Shown here piece after piece: positions 46,086 through 55,885 of a stretch of 64,000 bases of DNA. A model generated the notes under the pieces. That model ran no database searches and was not told where the DNA came from. It worked only from the letters and a program-made list of their open reading frames with translations. The stretch spans positions 1-64,000 of the forward strand of contig CAWFAK010000018.1 in the NCBI GenBank assembly GCA_963813715.1, in the 5' to 3' direction. Positions within the stretch are counted from its first letter, which is position 1; each line of letters starts with the position of its first letter. The stretch is from an uncultured Planctomycetaceae bacterium. Its GTDB lineage: Bacteria > Planctomycetota > Planctomycetia > Planctomycetales > Planctomycetaceae. The translations under genes and the position numbers were made by a program.

Positions 46086-48776
46086 ATGGCCGACCCAGCA
46101 GCAAAACCTGGCGAGCGCAAACCGGCGGGCGACAAAGTCCCCGCGGCGCCTCATTCGCCGAGCCTGCTCACCAAGGCGCGGGCCCTCTTCACGGCCTTCA
46201 AGTGGCCGGTGATCGGCGCCAGCGGGGCGATCGTGGTGTTGGGGGCCGGAGCGTCCTGGTATTTCTTGCACGACACGCGGCCCGAACCGCCCGTCCTCTT
46301 GGCGCGGGCCCTCGAATGCCTCAAAGACCGCGATAACGCCGAAGCCACCGTCGAGGCCCGCCGCATCACTTCCGAGCTGGACGCGCTCCACTATCGCGAT
46401 CCCGATTTCATGGGCGCGATTCCATACATCCTGGGAGTCATCGACTTCCGCAAGGCCCAGCAACAGATCGATCGCGAACGGGTCGAATCGATGCGCTCCG
46501 CCGCCGCCCACCTGGAGCGGGCCGCCGACGGGCTCGACGCCGCCCATCGTCTCGACGGCCTGTTCACGCTCGGCATGGCCCTTTCCGCGGTCGGCGACGT
46601 GGCCGGTGCGCAAGAGCCGCTGCGAAAAGCCGTGCAAGACTTCCAAACGGAGAAAACTCCGACCCCGCCGCCGGAATTCTTCCAGGCGGCCGCGGCCCTG
46701 CAGGACGGGTATCTCGACGTTCACACGCCGGCCGCGCTGATGGCGGCCGTCAAATTGAACGAAGCCGTCCTTGCCAAAACGAACCTCGAACCGGGCGAAC
46801 GTGACATCACGCTGCTCCGTCGGGCGCAGGCCTTTGTGGCGCTGCACGACGGCGAGCAGGCCCGCGCAGCGATGATCCAGGTCTCGAACGAGGCGTCGGC
46901 CCGTCACGGGGCCGTGCTGATCCGCGCCCAGGTCTACATGGCCGAACGCCGCTTCAAGGAGGCGCGCGTCGATCTGGAAGCCCTGTCCAACGAATCGGGT
47001 CTCGACAGCTTATATCCCCGGCAGGCCCTCTACCTGCTCGGCGTTTCCTTCGAGGCCGATCACGATTACGAAAACGCCCTGCGCCGCTACGGAGACCTCG
47101 TTCGCCGCTACCCGGACCGGCAGGAAGGCCTGGCTGGCAATGTCCGCCGCGCGGAGTTGTTGCGCAAGGCCCAGCGCTGGGAGGAAGCGCTCGACGCTTA
47201 CGTGAAATCGCTGGAACGCGTGCCGCCCAAAGGTTTCACCAACCGCTGGCTGCAGCTGGACGATCTGCGACGGTTCGTGCTGGCCGCGTTCGATGACTTC
47301 ATGCGGACGCGGGCGTACGAATTCGCAATCGAGCTGGCGCGCCACATGCGACCGCTGTTCCCGCCCAAAGACGCCTTCGAAGCGCTCGAACGCGTTGCCA
47401 CGGCCAACGAATTGTGGGCCGCGCAGCTCGATTCTGAAATCGCCAAGAGCCCGTTCGTCGTCCGCGAGGCGCGGATGCCCGAGCTGCTCGAACGCTGGAA
47501 GACTAGCGGCAAGGCCTACGCCGATCTTGCCGAGGCGCTCCACGAATCGCCGAAATATGCCGACGTGCTCTGGATCAGCTCCGAGCACTATCGCAAAGGG
47601 CACGACTTTCAGAACGCTCTCGTGCAGGTCACTCGCTATATCAACACCCAGCCCAAGCAGCGGCTGCCGATGGCTTACGTCCGCCGCGGCGAAGTCCTGA
47701 TGGACCTGGGCCGCTTCGATGAGGCGCTCGATCACTTCGAGCGCATGCTCGCCGAGTTTCCCACTGACATCGCCGCGTTCGCCGCCATGTACCTGGTCGG
47801 CGTCTGCGAAGTGGAACGCAACAAGCCCGACAAGGCGGTCGCCGCCTGGCAGCGCGTCCTGCACGAGCCGCATCTCGATCCGTCGGCCAACGAGTGGCAG
47901 GTGTCGCTCTTCGCCCTGGGCCGCATCCAGTTCGAGATCGCCATGACCATGAAACCCGAGCCGGCGCCGGAAGGTGCTACGGCCACCGGACCGACGCAAG
48001 AACTGCGGCCGCGCTCCCCCGCCGCCTACGAACGGCTCGACGACGCGATCAATCGTCTCGAAGAGTTCGTCGCCCGTTACCCGAATCGCCTCGAATGCCC
48101 CGAAGCCCGGTATCTGCTGGCCAACGCCCTCCGCGAACGGGCCGTGCTGCCTCGCGTCAAACTCAAAAAGGCCGAGACCGACAACGCCCGCAAAGAACTG
48201 CAGACGGAAATTCAACGGCAGCTCAACGAGGCGCAGAACCAGCTCGAACTGTTGATCGAGAGCCTGCAAGCCAAGGAATCGGCCGGACTGCTCGACCTGC
48301 TGGGCCAGCGAATGCTTCGCGACGCCTACTTCGAGCGGGCCCACAACCTGTACGCGATGGACAAGTTCGAGCGGGCCATCGAGGCCTACACGAGCGCGGC
48401 CAACCGCTATGCCGAAGACCCCAACGTCGTGCTGGCCTACATCCAAATGGCCAACTGCTACGACCGGCTGGGCAAACCGCTCGACGCCCGCGGCGTCGCC
48501 ATCCAGGCGATGCTCATCCACAAGAACCTGTCGGAAAAAATCTTCACGCAGGACAAGACCCTGATGAATCGCGACGAATGGCGGAGCTGGCTCGAATGGG
48601 CCGGCGCCCTGCGGGACTCCCCGCGGCACCGGGCGTCCCCGTCTCCCGCCACGAGCGCCGCAGTCAGCCCGTCGTCGATTCGTCTAGGCCAGGCCCGCAT
48701 CCAGCCCGGTAGTAGCCTCGCATCCGTGTCCGATCCAAACCTGTCTTCCCCGAGGCCGGTTTCCACGAGATTCTAA
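46086..48776 (+). CDS. Membrane-anchored tetratricopeptide repeat protein
   Basis: N-terminal TM (WPVIGASGAIVVLGAGASWYFL); TPR patterns ALYLLGVSFE, AYVRRGEVLMDLGRFDEALDHF, AYIQMANCYDRLG. The C-terminal tail may be extended by a frameshift. Confidence 0.85.
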   Translation: MADPAAKPGERKPAGDKVPAAPHSPSLLTKARALFTAFKWPVIGASGAIVVLGAGASWYFLHDTRPEPPVLLARALECLKDRDNAEATVEARRITSELDALHYRDPDFMGAIPYILGVIDFRKAQQQIDRERVESMRSAAAHLERAADGLDAAHRLDGLFTLGMALSAVGDVAGAQEPLRKAVQDFQTEKTPTPPPEFFQAAAALQDGYLDVHTPAALMAAVKLNEAVLAKTNLEPGERDITLLRRAQAFVALHDGEQARAAMIQVSNEASARHGAVLIRAQVYMAERRFKEARVDLEALSNESGLDSLYPRQALYLLGVSFEADHDYENALRRYGDLVRRYPDRQEGLAGNVRRAELLRKAQRWEEALDAYVKSLERVPPKGFTNRWLQLDDLRRFVLAAFDDFMRTRAYEFAIELARHMRPLFPPKDAFEALERVATANELWAAQLDSEIAKSPFVVREARMPELLERWKTSGKAYADLAEALHESPKYADVLWISSEHYRKGHDFQNALVQVTRYINTQPKQRLPMAYVRRGEVLMDLGRFDEALDHFERMLAEFPTDIAAFAAMYLVGVCEVERNKPDKAVAAWQRVLHEPHLDPSANEWQVSLFALGRIQFEIAMTMKPEPAPEGATATGPTQELRPRSPAAYERLDDAINRLEEFVARYPNRLECPEARYLLANALRERAVLPRVKLKKAETDNARKELQTEIQRQLNEAQNQLELLIESLQAKESAGLLDLLGQRMLRDAYFERAHNLYAMDKFERAIEAYTSAANRYAEDPNVVLAYIQMANCYDRLGKPLDARGVAIQAMLIHKNLSEKIFTQDKTLMNRDEWRSWLEWAGALRDSPRHRASPSPATSAAVSPSSIRLGQARIQPGSSLASVSDPNLSSPRPVSTRF

Positions 48777-49229
48777 ATGCCTCTCTCCACCCTCGAAGAA
48801 ATCCGCGACGTCCTCCAGCATCGCCGCAAACACTGCCGCGACCTGCTGGAGCTTTCGCGGCGACAAATCCAGTTCATCGAATCGAACGACTTCACGCAGC
48901 TGATGGCCACGTTGGCCCAGAAGCAGCGGATTTTGGGTCGGCTCGATGAAGTGAAACGGCGCTATCCGGAATTGAGCCGGCAGTGGGTCGCCTTGCGCGA
49001 CTCGGGCATGCCGGCCGTCCGGAACGACTGCGAGTCGCTGATCGCCGACACCGAGTCGATTCTGGCCGAGCTCTTGGAGTCGGAGAAAGAAGGAACCACG
49101 CAACTGACCGAGCGCCGCGACGCCACGCGCCGCCAGCTCGAAGCCGTTTCTCAGGGAGTCCACGTCAACCAGAGTTATGCTGATACCACGCCCGTCCTCA
49201 ATCATCGCTTCTTGAATACGAACCGCTAG
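48777..49229 (+). CDS. FlgN-like flagellar export chaperone
   Basis: Helical LLELSRRQ..FIES.DF..LM..LAQKQRIL..L pattern; position in flagellar cluster. Confidence 0.6.
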   Translation: MPLSTLEEIRDVLQHRRKHCRDLLELSRRQIQFIESNDFTQLMATLAQKQRILGRLDEVKRRYPELSRQWVALRDSGMPAVRNDCESLIADTESILAELLESEKEGTTQLTERRDATRRQLEAVSQGVHVNQSYADTTPVLNHRFLNTNR

Positions 49230-49233
49230 ACGC

Positions 49234-49287
49234 CTCTCACGACATATCTGCTCTCACGCTTTCTGCTCTCAGTCCGTTGCTCTCACG
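49234..49287 (+). repeat. Four short direct repeats CTCTCA(C)G
   Basis: Copies at 49234, 49251, 49266, 49280. Confidence 0.7.
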
Positions 49288-49360
49288 CAATTCTCCGCTG
49301 CGGACGATTTCGTCCGACGCCACTCAAAAGCTCAGTCAATTCGGAAAAACAAGTAGAACC

Positions 49361-49389
49361 GGTGGCACCCGTGGCTCGCCACGGGTACC
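49361..49389. repeat. REP-like palindrome
   Basis: GGTGGC-ACCCGTGGC-TC-GCCACGGGT. Confidence 0.55.
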
Positions 49390-49510
49390 CGCACCCACCG
49401 CTCGCCTGGAATCTGCGCTTCCACGTCTCACTGCACACGGCCTTTGCTCTCGCCCTTCTGTTGTCTCGTCACCTCTTGTTCCTCCCCCACCATTCGACGG
49501 ATCGATTGCC

Positions 49511-50926
49511 ATGTCTGTAATTGCTCCTGCCACCCCCCGGCCCTCCGCGCCGACCGCTCGGCTGTTGGTTTGCAGCGGCTCGCCGGCCCTCCTGACCGAA
49601 ATGATCGCGAACGCCGACGACACGGCGTTCGAGCTCGACGTGGCCGCCGACCAGGCCACGGCACTCAAGCGGCTCGCCGAACGGCAGTTTGAAATCTGCC
49701 TCGTCGACGTAACGTGGGACGATGCGGCCGTGGCCGAGCTGTGTACGGGCATTCAAAATCGCAGCGGAGCAACGCAGGTCGTGCGTTTGTCGGCGACAGC
49801 CGAGGCGTCCGCCACCGCGGGCCCCTGGACGGTCGACGCGGTGCCGCTCGACACGCCGCCGGCCCTCTTCGGCAAATTGCTGTTAGCCGCGGCGCAAAAG
49901 GCCCGACTGCAGGCCGAGAACCGTTCGCTCAAGCGCCAACTGCAGTCACGGGTGCTCAACGAGATCGCCGGACAGTCCGAGACGACCGTGGCCCTGCGCG
50001 AGAGCGTCCGCTACGCAGCCGACGCGGACGGGCACGTGCTCATTCAGGGAGAAGCCGGCTCGGGAACGCAACAGGTGGCCCGGCTGGTGCACCTGGCCAG
50101 CCGCCGCGCCACGCGCCCCTTCATCGTGCTCGATTGTCGCGTCCACTCGGCCGAGAGTCTCGAGTGCGAACTCTTGGGCGAAGCGTCGGCCGACAACTTC
50201 GATCCGACCGAAGTCGGCGCTCCCGGCCGCCTGGCCACGTGCGCTGGCGGCAGTCTCTTGCTCAAGAACGTCGAGCTGCTGCCGGTCGCCATCCAGAAGA
50301 AGCTGGCCGGCATTCTGTCGCGGCAATCGTACACCTGCCAGGCCACCGGCAAGCAACGACCCGTCGACGTGCGGGTCATGGCCGCCACGCACGCCGACCT
50401 GGCCGTCCTGGCGCAGGAAGGAAAATTCTCGGCGACGCTCTATGAACTGCTTAGTGGCTGCACGTTGCACGTCTCCTCGCTGCGGGAGCGTTCGGCCGAC
50501 ATCGGGATTCTGGCCGAGAACATTCTCAATCACCTCGCCGTGGTCGAAGGCAAGCCGGTGAAGCGGCTGAGCGTGGAAGGGCTCAACGTGCTGCGGACGC
50601 ACGATTGGCCGGGCAACCTCCGCGAGCTGGAAAACGTCATCGAGCGGGCTTGCTCGCTGCACGACGAAGGTCTGCTGACCGCCGAGATGCTGCAGCCCTG
50701 GATCGCGCGACCGGTCAGCGAGCAGGCGGAATCGTCGGCACTCTCACTGCGGGAGATGGAACGCAAGCTGATCGAAACGACCTTCGCCCGCTGCCAGGGG
50801 AACCGCGAACACACGGCCCGGCTGCTCAAGATCGGCATCCGAACACTTTCGGGAAAATTGCGGGAATACGGCTATCCGCCCCGCGGCGGCCCCGGCTCGA
50901 ATCGCCGGCTCACGCGGGCCGCCTGA
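49511..50926 (+). CDS. NtrC/FleQ-like regulator (REC-like, AAA+, Fis HTH) with degenerate ATPase motifs
   Basis: VLIQGEAGSGTQQVARLVH, VDVRVMAAT, WPGNLRELENVIERA, SLREMERKLI..T...GNREHTARLLKIGIRTL. Confidence 0.88.
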   Translation: MSVIAPATPRPSAPTARLLVCSGSPALLTEMIANADDTAFELDVAADQATALKRLAERQFEICLVDVTWDDAAVAELCTGIQNRSGATQVVRLSATAEASATAGPWTVDAVPLDTPPALFGKLLLAAAQKARLQAENRSLKRQLQSRVLNEIAGQSETTVALRESVRYAADADGHVLIQGEAGSGTQQVARLVHLASRRATRPFIVLDCRVHSAESLECELLGEASADNFDPTEVGAPGRLATCAGGSLLLKNVELLPVAIQKKLAGILSRQSYTCQATGKQRPVDVRVMAATHADLAVLAQEGKFSATLYELLSGCTLHVSSLRERSADIGILAENILNHLAVVEGKPVKRLSVEGLNVLRTHDWPGNLRELENVIERACSLHDEGLLTAEMLQPWIARPVSEQAESSALSLREMERKLIETTFARCQGNREHTARLLKIGIRTLSGKLREYGYPPRGGPGSNRRLTRAA

Positions 50927-51032
50927 TCGGGCTGATTTTCGTTGGACTGCTTTTCAGAACATCGCCATGAAATCTTCGACCGCGAGAAATCGAGAGGGAG
51001 GGTCAGCCAGCGGGCATCACGAAGCGAGAAGA

Positions 51033-51438
51033 ATGTCTTCGATCGTTGACGGGACCACGATTCCGTTGTTGGAAAAAGTCGCCGCGTTCGGTGAGCGTCG
51101 CAGCACGGTGCTGGCGAGCAACGTCGCCAATATCGACACGCCCAACTATCACCGCCGCGACCTGCCCGTGCAGGAGTTTGAACGGTCGCTCCGCGAGGCC
51201 ATTCAGGGCGGGGCGTCCCGCAACGATCTCTCGACCGGCCCGGCCGGATTGCCGGCAGAGCTGATTCACGGACGCGAGATCGCATCGCCCAGCTTGACCT
51301 ATCAGAGACAACAGCAACCGCAGCATCGAGCACGAAATGATGGAGATGACCAAGAACCTGTCGATGCAGAGTTTCGCCGTCACCCTGCTGACCACGCAGA
51401 TGGGCATGCTGCAAGCGGCCATCCGCGAACAGGCCTGA
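51033..51438 (+). CDS. flgB: Flagellar basal-body rod protein FlgB (frameshift near 51305)
   Basis: VLASNVANIDTPNYHRRDL; C-terminal DNSNRSIEHEMMEMTKN...LQAAIRE in the shifted frame. Confidence 0.88.
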
Positions 51439-51461
51439 GACCTCTTTGAGGACCGTACGCG

Positions 51462-51872
51462 ATGTTCAATCCCATCGACGTCAACACGACCGCGCTGATC
51501 GCCGAGCGACAGCGGATGAACACCATCGCCGACAACCTGGCCAACGTCAACACCACGCGCAACGCCGATGGCAAAAGCTCGCCGTTCCAGCGGCGGTTCG
51601 TCACCTTCGCGTCGAGCGAGATCGAAGGTGCACCCGCGGGAACGGCCGGCGTCACCTACCAGGTCAACGTCGACACCAGCACGCCACCCCGCCGCGTCTA
51701 TCAGCCCGGCCATCCGGACGCGGACAAGGAAGGCTACGTCTCCTATCCGAACATCGATTTCATGACCGAATTCGTCAACGCGATGGACGCCAGCCGGGCG
51801 TACCAGGCGAACCTCGTCGCGATTGATATGGACAAGCAGATCGACAACCTCAGCCTGAAGATCTTGGCCTAG
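51462..51872 (+). CDS. flgC: Flagellar basal-body rod protein FlgC
   Basis: AERQRMNTIADNLANVNTTR, PFQRR, YQPGHPDAD..GYVSYPNID, ASRAYQAN. Confidence 0.95.
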   Translation: MFNPIDVNTTALIAERQRMNTIADNLANVNTTRNADGKSSPFQRRFVTFASSEIEGAPAGTAGVTYQVNVDTSTPPRRVYQPGHPDADKEGYVSYPNIDFMTEFVNAMDASRAYQANLVAIDMDKQIDNLSLKILA

Positions 51873-51901
51873 CAAAGACCTGAACCTGTGGGAGCGATGC
51901 G

Positions 51902-52213
51902 ATGACGGGACCGATCAGCGCCTTCACTACGCCGGTAACGACCAATTCGCTGTTGGGGTCGCTCGCGGGAACTTCCGCAACGCCCAGCCAGAACCCCATG
52001 TTCTCCGACATGCTCTTGGAGCAGCTCGGTCAGGTCAACGCCCTCGATCAATCGGCCCACGCGGCCGTGGAAAAGAGCCTCTCGGGCGGCGACATCACGC
52101 AGGTCGAAGTCTTCACTGAAATGAAAAAAGCCGACCTGGCCCTGCGGATGATGATCCAGATGCACAACAAGATCTTCGACGCGTACAGCGAAATCAAACA
52201 GATGCAAATGTAA
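51902..52213 (+). CDS. fliE: Flagellar hook-basal body protein FliE
   Basis: FSDMLLEQLGQVN...KADLALRMMIQMHNKIFDAYSEIKQMQM. Confidence 0.93.
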   Translation: MTGPISAFTTPVTTNSLLGSLAGTSATPSQNPMFSDMLLEQLGQVNALDQSAHAAVEKSLSGGDITQVEVFTEMKKADLALRMMIQMHNKIFDAYSEIKQMQM

Positions 52214-52219
52214 GGATGA

Positions 52220-52317
52220 GTCCAAGGTCCAAAGTCCAAGGTCCAAGGTCAGAATTCAAAAAAGCGCCCGTGGCCTGCCTGTCTACGACTTTGGACCTTG
52301 GACCTTGGGCTTTGGAC
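52220..52317. repeat. Inverted pair of heptamer (GTCCAAR) tandem arrays
   Basis: Four-plus units at 52220-52250 and their reverse complement at 52287-52317, with a 36-nt spacer. Confidence 0.9.
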
Positions 52318-52348
52318 AAGAACTTAACTCCCCGATCTGAGACCCGAG

Positions 52349-54005
52349 ATGCGTCGGACGCTTGAACAATTTCTGGCCGTGTTCAATTCGCTGGCCCCCA
52401 GCCAGCGGATCACGTTTGCCGTCATTGCCGTGTTGATTCCCGCGGGCTTCCTGTTCTTCGCCTGGAACGGGAACTCGTCGACGATGGTGCCGCTGTCGTA
52501 CGGAAAAGTCTTTTCCAACGACGAGCTGCGGAATGCCGAGCAGGCGCTCAAGGAAGCGGGATTCTCGAAGTTTCATAGCGAAGGGCGGCAGATCCTGGCG
52601 CCCGCCAGCGAGGTCGAAAAATACAACGCGACCCTGTTGCAATCAGGCAGCCTGCCGACGCACTGGGCCGAAGAACTCGAGAAGAAGCTCGAGAGCACGA
52701 ACCCGTTCATGTCTTCGGCCGAAAGCATGAAGCAAACGCGCGAAGCCCTCCTGACCAAGCACCTGGTGCAGATGATCCTGGGCAGCCCGGACTTCGAAGA
52801 CGCCGACGTGCTGTGGTCGCCGGCCAGTAGCGGCAAGTCGCGGTTCTCCCGCGATGCCCGCATGAAGGCGACCGTCGTGGTCAAGCCGCGGGCCGGTCAC
52901 GACCTGACGACGCGTCAAATCCAAGCCCTTCGCGACGCGGTCACCTTCGCCATTCCCGATCTCAAGTCGACCGACGTCACCGTCTACGACCAGCGCGAAA
53001 GGCGAGGCGTACACGCCCGAATCGGAGAACGATCCGCTCAACGGCAAGCAGTTCGCGCTCTTGCGGGAAGCGTCGCAGCTCTACGAATCGAAGATCAAGA
53101 ACGCCCTCACGCACATCTCGCCCGAGATCGTCGTGACGGTGAACGTCGAGCTCGACCCGATTCAAGAGTCGACGACGCAGACCGTCAAATACGACCTGAA
53201 GCGAAGCATCGAGCAGCAGACCAGCGAGCAAAAACGCACCGAAAGCTTTCGCCAACAGCCCATGCAGGCCGAGCCCGGCCTTCGCTCGAACCAGCCGCGC
53301 TCGCTCGCGAACGCCCCCTCCAACGCGACGAACCGCCAGGTGACCGAAGAGAACAACTCGATGACGCGCAGTCCCGGCGGTGAGGCGACGTACATCAAGA
53401 GCCTGGCCGCCATGCCCAAGGTGGTCACCGTCTCCGTGCTGATTCCCGAAGACTATTACGCCAAGGCGCTCGACGCTCAGAAGAACGCACCCGGCCAGAA
53501 ATCGGGCGCGAAGACAATCGAGAAGGTCAAGGAGGAGACCGAGCAGGCGGTGAAGAACATTGTCGCGGGCGCAATCCCCAATCCCGATCCGAAGTCGATC
53601 ACGGTCAGCTCGTTCGTGCCGGTGCACGACGCGCCGCCCACGATCACGCCGTCGTCGCTCAACACGGTGACGTCACTGGTAAGCCAGTGGGGCGGGGCGG
53701 TCGCTCTCGGCCTCTTTGCGGTGTGGGCGCTGTGGATGCTGCGATCGACGACGGCTTCGCGGGCCGCCACGTTCGATCCGCCGACAGAAGCCTCGATCAA
53801 CGTTCCCGCTCCGTCCAGCTCCGGCACCGGCGCCGCCGCGACGCTCGGACAACCGGCGGCCGCCAAGAAAGAAAAAGAGCCGGTCGTCATCGAGGAGGAG
53901 CCGATGCCGACGCTCAACGACCGCGACCTCGTCCAGACCATGGTCCGCGACAATCCGGAGATGGCCGTCGCCATCATCGGTAAATGGCTGCAAGGGGCTC
54001 GCTAA
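52349..54005 (+). CDS. fliF: Flagellar MS-ring protein FliF-like (frameshift near 52998)
   Basis: Between fliE and fliG; two TMs; ATVVVKP...QIQALRDAV..AIPDL....VTVYDQ; C-terminal VRDNPEMAVAIIGKWL. Confidence 0.8.
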
Positions 54006-54997
54006 TGGACGCCGTACGCAAGGCCGCCATTTTATTGCTCAGCCTGGAGAAGCCGATCGCGGCCGAGGTTCTCAGCCAGCTCCCCAAGGGCATGGTTGAG
54101 TCGGTCATGCTCGAGATCGCCAAGATCGACGACATCACCAAGGACCAGGTCGAGTCGGTGCTCCGCGAATTCCGCGGGCTGGTGCGGGAACGTGTGCCGA
54201 TCGAGCAGGGCGGCATCGAGTTCGCCAACGACCTCTTGAAGCAGTCCCTCGGCACCGAGGGGGCCGGCGAAATCCTGGAAAACGTCCGCAACTCGATGAA
54301 CTCGGTCCCGTTCGGCTTTTTGCACAAGACGGGCGCCGAGAACATTCTCACCTTCATCGTCGAAGAGCATCCGCAGACGATCGCCCTCATCATGTCTCAC
54401 CTGCCGACCAACATCGCGGCCGAAGTGCTGTCGGGGCTGCCGTCGAACAAGCAGATCGAAGTCATCCGCCGCGTCGCCAACATGGAGCAGACCAACCCCG
54501 AAGTCGTCAAGGACGTCGAGGCCAGCCTCGAGCGGCGGATGAAGTCGATGTTCAACCAGCAGCTCGAAAAAGCGGGCGGCGTGCGGCTGGTCGCGCAGAT
54601 CTTGAACGTCACCGACCGCATGACCAACAAGGGCGTGCTGGAGAACCTCGAACAGGAAGACGCCGACCTGGTGGGCGAGATCAAGCGGCTGATGTTCGTG
54701 TTCGACGACCTGCTCAAGCTCGACGACAAGGCCATCCAGTCCGTGCTCAAGGAAGTCGACAACAACCAGTGGGCCATCGCCCTCAAGGGCGCTTCCGACG
54801 AGCTCAAGCAAAAAATCCTGGGCAACCTGTCCGAGCGGGCGGCCGAGCTGCTCAAGGAAGAAATGCAATACGCCGGCCCGCAACGCGTCAGCGACGTCGA
54901 GGCGATGCAGGCGCAGATCGTCGAAGTCGTCCGCCGCCTCGAAGATTCGGGCCAGATCACGGTGGCCAGCGGCGAGCAGGAAGAGTTCATCGCCTGA
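54005..54997 (+). CDS. fliG: Flagellar motor switch protein FliG
   Basis: KAAILLLSL, GGIEFA, EHPQTIALI, MFVFDDL, AIALKG, NLSERAA, DVEAMQAQIV. Confidence 0.97.
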   Translation: MDAVRKAAILLLSLEKPIAAEVLSQLPKGMVESVMLEIAKIDDITKDQVESVLREFRGLVRERVPIEQGGIEFANDLLKQSLGTEGAGEILENVRNSMNSVPFGFLHKTGAENILTFIVEEHPQTIALIMSHLPTNIAAEVLSGLPSNKQIEVIRRVANMEQTNPEVVKDVEASLERRMKSMFNQQLEKAGGVRLVAQILNVTDRMTNKGVLENLEQEDADLVGEIKRLMFVFDDLLKLDDKAIQSVLKEVDNNQWAIALKGASDELKQKILGNLSERAAELLKEEMQYAGPQRVSDVEAMQAQIVEVVRRLEDSGQITVASGEQEEFIA

Positions 54998-55084
54998 CGA
55001 AACGTGTCTGCCGCAGAGAACAGCACGACGTAGAACAAGCACGGGTAAGACCAGAGCACCCCTCCGATTCAGACCGAAACTGCA

Positions 55085-55806
55085 ATGCCGACCGACACCG
55101 CTTCCCAAACTCGATTGCTCAAGGCCAACGACGTCCGCGGCCTGGGCTCGAAAGTCGTCTTCAATTTCGACGACTTGCGGCAGCGCGGCGACGACTACGT
55201 TGAGTCGATCAAAAAGCAGGTCGAGCAGATGTTGACGAGCGCCAGGCGGAAGTTGTGACACTCCGCCAGGCCGCGCACGACGTCGGGCTGCAAGAGGGCC
55301 GCGCGGAAGGGCTGAAGCAGGCCAACACGGCGATCGAGCAGCGGGCCCGCGAAATCGCGGAAAAGACCGCCGCCGACGCCCTCGCTACCGCGCTGCCGGC
55401 GCTCAATTCCGTGGCCGAATCGCTGGCGCTGGAGCGGGACCGCTGGATCGGCGACTGGGAAACGATGGGCGTCCAACTGGCCGCCGCCATTGCCTCGCGG
55501 CTGGTGGTTCACGAACTGCGACTCAACCCGAACGGGGCGCGGGAGATGATCCGCGAAGCGCTCCAGATGGCGGTCGGCGCTCCGCGCGTTCGCGTCCGCC
55601 TCCACGGCGACGACGCGGCCCTTCTGGGACCGCAAGCCCGCGACGTCGTCCGCGCCTTTGCCGCCTGCGGCGAAGCCGAGATCGTCCCCGACAACTCGCT
55701 CACCCGCGGCGGCTGCCTGATCGAAACACAACACGGCCAGATCGACGCTCGCATCGAAACCGTCCTCGACCGCATCGTCGCCCAACTGGTGGAAAACCAA
55801 GACTAA
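55085..55806 (+). CDS. fliH: Flagellar assembly protein FliH (frameshift near 55245)
   Basis: GxxxG repeats (GLQEGRAEGL), VRVRLHGDD, DNSLTRGGCLIETQHGQIDARIE. Confidence 0.88.
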
Positions 55807-55885
55807 GAGCCGCGCCACGAAGTCAGCGGTGCCTTTATTTTTTCCTAGTCCAAGACGACCCCAAGCCACACACCAGGACCCGCTC

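Noticed and set aside
49361..49380. Sigma54 promoter at TGGCAC
   Set aside because: No GC at the -12 position; the sequence is better explained as a REP-like palindrome.
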